A DNA stretch of 33,365 bases from Nitrospiria bacterium (GTDB lineage: Bacteria; Nitrospirota; Nitrospiria; SBBL01; JAADHI01). Numbering within the stretch: the first letter of the stretch is position 1; each line of letters starts with the position of its first letter. Below, in pieces: positions 27,791-33,365 of the stretch. The stretch covers positions 1 through 33,365 of the forward strand of contig JBHHXB010000001.1 of assembly GCA_046756825.1 (NCBI GenBank). Reading direction: 5' to 3'. The notes under the pieces are model-generated. The model searched no databases. It saw only the letters and a list, made by a program, of their open reading frames with translations, and had not been told where the DNA came from. The position numbers and the translations under genes are program-made.

Positions 27791-27816
27791 AAAGAAAAGA
27801 CTGCCAAAAAGCAGTC
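27791..27816 (-). promoter_or_regulatory. Short hairpin plus U-tract between mini-ORF and CydA-like gene (possible attenuator or processing site)
   Basis: Minus strand reads GACTGC-tttttg-GCAGTC followed by TTTTCTTT. The stem is only 6 bp. Confidence 0.3.
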
Positions 27817-27832
27817 AAGGTTTTTGCCAACC

Positions 27833-27991
27833 CTAATTGAGGCCATAGAAGTAGTCGAGGTTTTGCGCCGGCCCCATCAAAACCCAATTCAAAAAAAGGT
27901 AATAGTAGAGTGATGTTCCAGCGAACATAATCACACCCCACACAATTTTCTGGCCGATACCGACCTTTTCCTGTGCTTGCTCATCTGACAT
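27833..27991 (-). CDS. Single-TM mini-protein (52 aa), candidate small subunit
   Basis: Below the track's 60-aa cutoff. ATG 27991 is preceded by AAAGGGGCAGATAA. Product MSDEQAQEKVGIGQKIVWGVIMFAGTSLYYYLFLNWVLMGPAQNLDYFYGLN has one clear TM helix. Same strand, 69 nt upstream of the CydA-like gene. Confidence 0.45.
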   Translation of the reverse strand: MSDEQAQEKVGIGQKIVWGVIMFAGTSLYYYLFLNWVLMGPAQNLDYFYGLN

Positions 27992-28064
27992 TTATCTGCC
28001 CCTTTATTTTTAATCAGCTCAGGTTACAAGTAAGCTTACAACTCAACTACATCAACGCTTGAAT

Positions 28065-28181
28065 CTAATGAATAAATCCAGGCGGCGCATGCATCGAATA
28101 CCAGCTAGCCCAGCATAAAAATGCTACGGACAGCCAGAATAATTTTTTACCAATATTTGCTTTTGGCCTATCTTCCGCCAT
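28065..28181 (-). CDS. Mini-protein (38 aa) with short hydrophobic segment, candidate small subunit
   Basis: ATG 28181 is preceded by TAAGGGGGGTTCTCGTC. Product MAEDRPKANIGKKLFWLSVAFLCWASWYSMHAPPGFIH. It is the first ORF after the predicted transcription start. Confidence 0.4.
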   Translation of the reverse strand: MAEDRPKANIGKKLFWLSVAFLCWASWYSMHAPPGFIH

Positions 28182-28237
28182 GACGAGAACCCCCCTTAAT
28201 ACTGTTGGCTACACTTTTCCGGTGTTGAAATGACGGG

Positions 28238-28266
28238 ACTATAGCCCAAATGATTTGCCTTGTCAA
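28238..28266 (-). promoter_or_regulatory. Sigma70-type promoter of the bd-like/cytochrome c operon
   Basis: Minus strand reads GGC-TTGACA (28266-28261), a 17-nt spacer, then TATAGT (28243-28238). Confidence 0.55.
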
Positions 28267-28380
28267 GCCCAAACACACCCGGCAAAACCCTGGTCAAGGC
28301 TTGACTTCATTTAGTCCGTTATGGTTATAGTAATTAATATTTTTTAACTTGAGGAATCAGGGAAAAGGGAGAAGTTACAG

Positions 28381-28524
28381 ATGAAGCTACCAAAGAAACA
28401 GGAAGACGCGCCTTATTATTCTCATAAGAATTCGCCTCTTTTTGATCTCTTCATTATTATCGGTCTTATTTTTAACGGCTTGTTCGTTATCTTCTTCCTT
28501 TTGTACTGGCTGGAACTGGTCTAA
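28381..28524 (+). CDS. Single-TM mini-protein (47 aa), divergent from the operon
   Basis: ATG 28381 is preceded by AAGGGAGAAG. Product MKLPKKQEDAPYYSHKNSPLFDLFIIIGLIFNGLFVIFFLLYWLELV. A possible promoter lies upstream: TTGACT 28301-06, 19-nt spacer, TATAGT 28326-31. Confidence 0.35.
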   Translation: MKLPKKQEDAPYYSHKNSPLFDLFIIIGLIFNGLFVIFFLLYWLELV

Positions 28525-28534
28525 AACCCTTTTG

Positions 28535-28559
28535 CTGTAAAATTTCTGAAATTTTACAG
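28535..28559. repeat. Perfect 11-bp inverted repeat between convergent genes (weak terminator candidate)
   Basis: CTGTAAAATTT-ctg-AAATTTTACAG. The stem is AT-rich and no clear U-tract follows on either side. Confidence 0.35.
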
Positions 28560-28586
28560 ACCACGCTTCTCATCATTCACCACCCG

Positions 28587-29420
28587 CTATTGCTCTTCTG
28601 TTTTTGCGCACCTGAATCCAACCGCTTCATAGCGGTACCCCGGGATCATTTTCAATCTTCCCGTTGTTCTGCCCGAGTAGAGCGAATCCCGCCACGACGA
28701 CCCCCTCAACACCTTCATTTCTCCTTGTTCAGGCCCTTGGGGGTTTTTTGAAGGGCCCTGCGCATAATATTGATCGTCGTACCAGTCCTGCACCCACTCA
28801 CGGACATTTCCCGCCATGTCATAAAGACCGTAGGGGCTTTTATCCTGCTCATAGGACCCCACAGTCATCGTAAATACGCCCCGATCATCTTTTCCCTTAA
28901 AATTAGCAAAGGTCGGCTCAAATTTTTCCGTCCAGGGCCAAGACAATCCCTCGGTGCCTCGTGCGGCTTTTTCCCATTCCGCCTCGGTCGGCAAACGCAG
29001 GCCCGCCCACTCGCAATACGCGTAAGCATCCAGCCAGCTCACGTAAATCGCGGGTTGGTTGGGGTGATTAAAAAAGTGAATATCCTTCACGTAACGATTC
29101 AGGGGTTTTCGATGACCGGTCGTCGCGACAAACTGATCATATTGATGCTGGGTGACTTCATACTGGTGGATCGCAAAAGCATCAAGATACACCGCACGCT
29201 TGGGTTGCTCATCCGTACCCCCGTCTTCGGCCCCCATGATAAATTCCCCGGCCGGGATCACAATCATCGGATTGTCTCGCGGCGGCTCGGAAAAGTTAAT
29301 GGGGTTTTCGGCGACCACAGCCGTCCTGTCCTTTGGTTGAGAGGAAATAATCATGAAAATCCCCACCCCCACCAAAAATAAAATGAAAAGAACATAAACC
29401 CTGATAAATGTCTTATCCAT
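28587..29420 (-). CDS. Membrane-anchored formylglycine-generating-enzyme (FGE/SUMF1) family domain protein
   Basis: 277 aa. N-terminal TM VYVLFILFLVGVGIFMIIS. FGE-sulfatase motifs RLPTEAEWEKAARG, YGLYDMAGNVREW, RGSSW and GFRCA. Confidence 0.85.
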   Translation of the reverse strand: MDKTFIRVYVLFILFLVGVGIFMIISSQPKDRTAVVAENPINFSEPPRDNPMIVIPAGEFIMGAEDGGTDEQPKRAVYLDAFAIHQYEVTQHQYDQFVATTGHRKPLNRYVKDIHFFNHPNQPAIYVSWLDAYAYCEWAGLRLPTEAEWEKAARGTEGLSWPWTEKFEPTFANFKGKDDRGVFTMTVGSYEQDKSPYGLYDMAGNVREWVQDWYDDQYYAQGPSKNPQGPEQGEMKVLRGSSWRDSLYSGRTTGRLKMIPGYRYEAVGFRCAKTEEQ

Positions 29421-29524
29421 ATCTTTATCTTGACCTCACAATCACTTGAAAATCAGGTTAGCATAAAGCAAGAAATGGAATCAAAACCCCCTTCACGACT
29501 TTATGCGTCGGGCTTGATCACGCC

Positions 29525-29553
29525 TTGACAGCCAAGCGGCACCCCGCTATTAT
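29525..29553 (+). promoter_or_regulatory. Sigma70-type promoter of the second CydA-like gene
   Basis: TTGACA (29525-30), a 17-nt spacer, then TATTAT (29548-53), 40 nt upstream of ATG 29593. Confidence 0.55.
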
Positions 29554-29592
29554 CCCCAATGACTTATTACGGCGACCAACACGGATTACCTC

Positions 29593-31479
29593 ATGAATCA
29601 CATACAAAGCCGCGCATGCTTTTACATGACCTTTTTACTCACAGCCCTCATCCTTTTCACAACCGCCGCCCCGGGTAAAGACGCACTCGCTTCGTCCCCG
29701 TCATCCGGCATTTCAGAAGACATCTATTTTAAAACACCGGGCACCATTTCAGGCCCGCACGCGCCGGAATTGAATTACCCGGAAAGCTACGACGGAAGCG
29801 GAAAGCTCGACAACCGCTCGATCCTGTGGGTGCTCATCCAGCAGCATTTTTTCCTGGGGAGTTTCATCCTTGGGGTGCCCATGATGGCCTGGATGCTGGA
29901 AATTTTCAGTTATTTTCGACGAAAGTCCAATCCGGCCAGCGCGGAAAAACATGACAGTCTGGCCCACGAATTCATGCGGATCGGGCTTCCGTTTTATCCG
30001 CTCACGATTGTCTTCGGGTTTGCATTGCTCGGTGCATTCATTTTTCTCTACAGTGAATTTTCGAGATACATGTCAACGATCTTTCGCCCGGTTCTTTATT
30101 TTTATGTGGTCGTCTTCTTTTTAGAGAATGTATTGCTCTACGCCTACACCAAAACCTGGGATCGCTGGAAAACAGGGATCGCCAAGTGGAAACATCTGGG
30201 GCTCGGGGCGGCGACCTGCTTCAACGGCCTCGTCATCATCTATCTTGCGAACGCCTTGATGGCCTTTATGATGTCACCGGCCGGCGTTGATTCGGAAGGC
30301 CATTATCTCGGCAACATCTGGAACGCCGTCAACACGCCGCTCTGGAACCCCCTCAACATTCACCGGATTCTGGCCAGCATCATGTTCAGCGGCGCGGTTA
30401 TCGCGGCCTACGCCGCCTATCAAATGCTGACGACCCGCGACCCGGCAAAGCGCGCGCACTACGACTGGATGGGGCACGTCTCCATCATGATCGCCATCGT
30501 CAATCTTTTTATCCTCCCCTTCGCGGGCTACTGGTTCGCGAAAGAGATCTTTATTTACCGGCAGCGGATGGGCGTGACCCTCATGGGCGGTAAACTGAGC
30601 TGGCCCTTTATCATGCAGGCCATGTTGATCGGGCTCATTTTCATGACCGTCACCTATTATCTTTGGCAGGGCACCGCGCGCATGCGCGGCTCGGAGCGCT
30701 ACCGGCATCTGGTTAAATACACCATGTTTATCCTGGCCACCGCCTTTTTGATTTGGGCCACACCGCACACGATTCCCGCGAGTCAGGGCGAATTCAAGGC
30801 GATGGGCGGCTCACAGCATCCGATTGTCGGCTACTACGGCACCATGGCCGCAAAGAACACCGCCATTAACACCATGATTTTGAGCTTCGGGCTGTGCTAC
30901 ATCATCTTTCACCGATGCAACAAAGAAATCACCGTCTCGTGGTCCCGCTGGGGGAATACCGTCATGGCGCTCATGTTCATCGGCGCGGAGGCCTTCGTTA
31001 TCTTCGTCGGCGTCTACGGTTTTTTCATCCCGGCCAATGTCCGCGTCAAGCTGGCCTTTCCGCAGTTCATGGTAGCCATCAGCGCCCTGACGGGCGGCAT
31101 GCTGCTGAACATCGCCATGCTGAGGAAATCAAAAATCATCGGCCCTGTGCAATGGGGGAAACTCCCGACTTCCGGGGCCTTCGCCCTTTTTTCACTGGCC
31201 GTGTTCATCTCGACCACAATGGTTTTAATGGGCTACATTCGTTCCTCGGTGCGTCTGGACTGGCACGTCACGGAAATCCTGAAGGATACGACGCCTTGGG
31301 CGGGCACCCCTTCCCTGAGCTACGCCATGGGCATGGTGGTGTTTAATGTCGTGGTTTTCTGGGCGATCAGCACAGTCATCTTCCGAATCGGAAATCGCAA
31401 GACCACGAGAACCTTTTCGATGAGATCAAATCCCGTCACGTCGAGCGGCACTTCGCCCGAAGAATCACCCCTGCCGTAA
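29593..31479 (+). CDS. Cytochrome bd-like oxidase subunit I homologue (CydA-like, paralogue 2)
   Basis: 628 aa. It can be aligned by eye with 25830..27764 over essentially its whole length. Identical blocks include FMMSPAGVD, IHRIL, HYDWM, LPFAGYW, GSERY, TPHT, KAMGG.QHP, AKNTAINTMI, FIPANVR and RSSVRL.WHV. Confidence 0.85.
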   Translation: MNHIQSRACFYMTFLLTALILFTTAAPGKDALASSPSSGISEDIYFKTPGTISGPHAPELNYPESYDGSGKLDNRSILWVLIQQHFFLGSFILGVPMMAWMLEIFSYFRRKSNPASAEKHDSLAHEFMRIGLPFYPLTIVFGFALLGAFIFLYSEFSRYMSTIFRPVLYFYVVVFFLENVLLYAYTKTWDRWKTGIAKWKHLGLGAATCFNGLVIIYLANALMAFMMSPAGVDSEGHYLGNIWNAVNTPLWNPLNIHRILASIMFSGAVIAAYAAYQMLTTRDPAKRAHYDWMGHVSIMIAIVNLFILPFAGYWFAKEIFIYRQRMGVTLMGGKLSWPFIMQAMLIGLIFMTVTYYLWQGTARMRGSERYRHLVKYTMFILATAFLIWATPHTIPASQGEFKAMGGSQHPIVGYYGTMAAKNTAINTMILSFGLCYIIFHRCNKEITVSWSRWGNTVMALMFIGAEAFVIFVGVYGFFIPANVRVKLAFPQFMVAISALTGGMLLNIAMLRKSKIIGPVQWGKLPTSGAFALFSLAVFISTTMVLMGYIRSSVRLDWHVTEILKDTTPWAGTPSLSYAMGMVVFNVVVFWAISTVIFRIGNRKTTRTFSMRSNPVTSSGTSPEESPLP

Positions 31480-31504
31480 GTTTGAACCTGTTCTCACATA
31501 AACT

Positions 31505-32284
31505 CTAATCGCTCTGGTTTTCCTCAACAATTTTTGGAACGACTTCGGCCGCCTTTCCGCAGAGCGTCACATCAGCTAAACCGGAGAGCGCGGGTGCGGG
31601 ATTGATTTCCACGACAAAGGCTCCTGAGTCCTTCGCCATCGACGCGAAAGAGGCCGCGGGCTGAACCACTGCGGAAGTGCCGATGACCAGCATCAGGTCA
31701 CAGGCCCGGCATTCGGCGATACTTCGCGTTAAATGCCCGCTGTCAATCGCCTCCCCAAACCAGACAATGTCCGGCCTGAGCAGGTCGGCACAATGCGCGC
31801 ACGTTGGAAGAGGCGGCAAATCCAAGTCGCGATTCTCCATTTTCTGGCCGCAGCCCATGCAACGCATCCGCCAAATATCACCGTGCAGCATAATCATGTT
31901 CCGGCTGCCCGCCAAGGCATGCAAACCGTCCACATTTTGCGTGATCAACAAATATCGCGCCGCCCGCGCCTCAAGCCGCGCCAGGGCCTCATGCGCGGCG
32001 TTGGTTTTTTTTGAGGCAATCAAACCACGCCGCCACTGATACCAGGACCAAACCAGCGTCGGATCGCGCGCAAAGGCCCCGGGCGTCGCCAAATCCTCCG
32101 CCCGGTGGGTTTTCCACAGCCCCTCATCCCCTCGAAAGGTCGGGATGCCGCTTTCAGCGGAAACCCCCGCGCCGGTTAAAACAACAAGGGATTTTGAAGC
32201 AAAAACACGTCGTCGCACATCGTCAATGGAAGCCTCCAAATCTCCTCCGCATTTCCCGGTCCCCGCGTCCTCATCATTGCGCAT
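31505..32284 (-). CDS. cobB: NAD-dependent protein deacylase, Sir2 family
   Basis: 259 aa. GAGVSAESGIPTFRG, QNVDGLH and the Zn motif CxxC...CxxC (CMGC..CAHC). Confidence 0.9.
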   Translation of the reverse strand: MRNDEDAGTGKCGGDLEASIDDVRRRVFASKSLVVLTGAGVSAESGIPTFRGDEGLWKTHRAEDLATPGAFARDPTLVWSWYQWRRGLIASKKTNAAHEALARLEARAARYLLITQNVDGLHALAGSRNMIMLHGDIWRMRCMGCGQKMENRDLDLPPLPTCAHCADLLRPDIVWFGEAIDSGHLTRSIAECRACDLMLVIGTSAVVQPAASFASMAKDSGAFVVEINPAPALSGLADVTLCGKAAEVVPKIVEENQSD

Positions 32285-32302
32285 GACGTCCTCAACAACG
32301 AC

Positions 32303-32330
32303 TTGACAGAATTAAATTAAGCGGTACGAT
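32303..32330 (+). promoter_or_regulatory. Candidate sigma70 promoter of an orphan short transcript
   Basis: TTGACA (32303-08), a 16-nt spacer, then TACGAT (32325-30). The -10 is imperfect. Confidence 0.35.
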
Positions 32331-32336
32331 TTCTAT

Positions 32337-32428
32337 GTTCATTGTTATTTCTCCTTAGCACCAAGTGAACAAGAAGCAGACAGCACGAACCCCCTTCGGA
32401 CAGCAGACCGGAGGGGGTTTTTGCTTTG
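32337..32428 (+). ncRNA. Candidate small RNA (~90 nt) defined by promoter plus terminator
   Basis: The region lies between a plus-strand promoter-like element and a strong plus-oriented intrinsic terminator. It has no plausible ORF (only a 7-codon ATG frame). It sits between two minus-strand genes. Confidence 0.3.
32390..32428 (+). terminator. Rho-independent terminator, plus-strand orientation
   Basis: CCCCCTTCGG (32390-99) pairs with CCGGAGGGGG (32408-17): 10 bp with one G-U, 8-nt loop. It is followed by TTTTTGCTTTG. The minus-strand side lacks a U-tract. Confidence 0.65.
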
Positions 32429-32481
32429 TCTCAATTGGGGTAACGAGAAAAAAGAAATGCGAAAAGGCTGAACCCATCCCC

Positions 32482-33042
32482 TCAGCGCACGGGGTTTTCG
32501 GGGCCGCGGCCACGGAAGGCATCCACAAACTCCAGCACCTTTTTTTTATCCAGTCCCTTCAGGCGCAGGATGGCCCGCCAGGCGGTCACGATGACGGGGT
32601 GTTCCTTATCGTCGCGCGTCACCATCAACATGCCATCCCACTGGCCGAGATATTTGTGCGTCAAGTCCTTCAGCCACTTCACCTCTTCCGCCGACAAGGC
32701 GGAGCGGTCAAAATACAGCACGATGTTGCCGTGCTCCAAATTATGCACCAGAAGCTCGGGCCGCGTCTCGCTCGCCTCGTAAACACTCGGGGGCAGCCAG
32801 CGCGGATCGTGCGGGCCGGAGGTCGGGGGATCCGTTTTATAAAAGGAGCGTGTTCCCTCGCGGATGTGTCCGTGGCCTTCGTTTTCATAAAACTCGACCC
32901 CTTCCGGCACATCCGGCGGCATGGGGGGGCCTTGCTGGGCCCCAGCCCCGGAAGAAAACCACAACAGGGCCGCCAGAATCAAAAAAGCAAAATAGCCTTT
33001 CTTTTGAGTAATTCTTGAAATGGTGTCTATCCGATTTTGCAT
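32482..33042 (-). CDS. DUF3105-family secreted/membrane-anchored protein
   Basis: Lies in ORF 32482..33075, whose listed start is TTG. ATG 33042 is preceded by AAGGGGA and gives MQNRIDTISRITQKKGYFAFLILAALLWFSSGAGA. PPTSGPH...LVHNLEHGNIVLYF matches the DUF3105 signature. ATG 33066 is an alternative start. Confidence 0.7.
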   Translation of the reverse strand: MQNRIDTISRITQKKGYFAFLILAALLWFSSGAGAQQGPPMPPDVPEGVEFYENEGHGHIREGTRSFYKTDPPTSGPHDPRWLPPSVYEASETRPELLVHNLEHGNIVLYFDRSALSAEEVKWLKDLTHKYLGQWDGMLMVTRDDKEHPVIVTAWRAILRLKGLDKKKVLEFVDAFRGRGPENPVR

Positions 33043-33081
33043 GTTGAATCCCCTTCGGCCAAACATATTTCCCAAATAAAG

Positions 33082-33351
33082 TTAAGACACTTCGCAAACG
33101 CGCTTGATCAAGGCCGACACCGCAATCTTGTCCCCGCCGATTTCTTCAATCTCCGCCTTGGCCTTGGCGACAGAGGGAACGGCCGTGTCGGGCAATATGA
33201 CGGACTCCCCCGCCTTTCGGGCTCGCGCCTCCACAATCACGCGCACCACAGCCCGTGACGAAACCGGCAGCGCCTCCAGTTCCCGAAGCGCCCCGGTCGT
33301 CCATTCCATTTCGGGCTCGGGAATCTGCAAGGTGACCTCCCCTTGAATCAT
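33082..33351 (-). CDS. Small protein with PCP_red-like (protochlorophyllide-reductase 57-kDa C-terminal-type) domain; may be N-terminally longer
   Basis: 89 aa. EWTTGALRELEALPVSSRAVVRVIVEARARKAGESVI resembles the W-x-x-E-A-x-x-x-L-x-x-I-P-x-x-V-R...A...G pattern of that domain. The frame stays open upstream to the window edge (..SCQA before the Met), so the start is uncertain. Confidence 0.4.
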   Translation of the reverse strand: MIQGEVTLQIPEPEMEWTTGALRELEALPVSSRAVVRVIVEARARKAGESVILPDTAVPSVAKAKAEIEEIGGDKIAVSALIKRVCEVS

Positions 33352-33365
33352 GGCCTGGCAGGACA

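Noticed and set aside
32365-33018. 217-aa plus-strand ORF overlapping the DUF3105 gene
   Set aside because: It is antisense to a frame with a family signature and a signal peptide. It would also begin inside the terminator hairpin region.
1-33365. Scan for CRISPR arrays, tRNA/rRNA genes, IS elements, integrases, phage or toxin-antitoxin/defence genes
   Set aside because: No direct-repeat/spacer periodicity, cloverleaf-like sequences, terminal inverted repeats with a transposase ORF, or recognisable defence-protein motifs were seen on either strand.

Overview
33.4-kb chromosomal window from a moderately GC-rich bacterium. Coding regions run roughly in the mid-50s %GC and intergenic regions are AT-rich. 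Coding density is very high and most genes are on the minus strand. I found no rRNA, tRNA, CRISPR array, transposase, integrase or phage gene. The window has three parts. (A) 1-10.7 kb is a cell-envelope locus with no recognisable enzyme. A near-consensus sigma70 promoter drives two paralogous Thr/Gly/Gln-rich secreted proteins of unknown family, followed by a long hairpin terminator. Then come three outer-membrane beta-barrel proteins (one DUF1302/alginate-export-like, one small, one fused to a ~700-aa TPR array), a 928-aa lipoprotein of repeated carboxypeptidase-regulatory-like domains, and a PKD-type lipoprotein. (B) 10.8-21.4 kb is housekeeping: ftsY, ybeY, phoH, two tandem BNR/Ycf48-like propeller lipoproteins, an orphan GspE/PilB-family ATPase with a C-terminal double zinc ribbon, queD, accD, ahcY and metK. 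(C) 21.5-31.5 kb is a respiratory island. It holds a promoter-to-terminator operon of two mini-TM ORFs, a CydB-less cytochrome bd-like (CydA-like) subunit and three c-type cytochrome proteins carrying five CxxCH in total. One of these cytochromes is fused to an EB_dh/NxrC-like haem-b domain. The island also has a membrane-anchored formylglycine-generating-enzyme-like protein and a second, monocistronic CydA-like paralogue. The right end carries a Sir2 deacylase, a candidate small RNA, a DUF3105 protein and a small PCP_red-like protein. The two best candidates for an undescribed system are the cytochrome-c-wired bd-like complex (C) and the secreted-paralogue/multi-barrel envelope locus (A). The gene content resembles Nitrospira, Nitrospina or anammox-type genomes, but taxonomy cannot be settled without a database search. 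All functional calls rest on motif recognition by eye and need HMM or structure confirmation.
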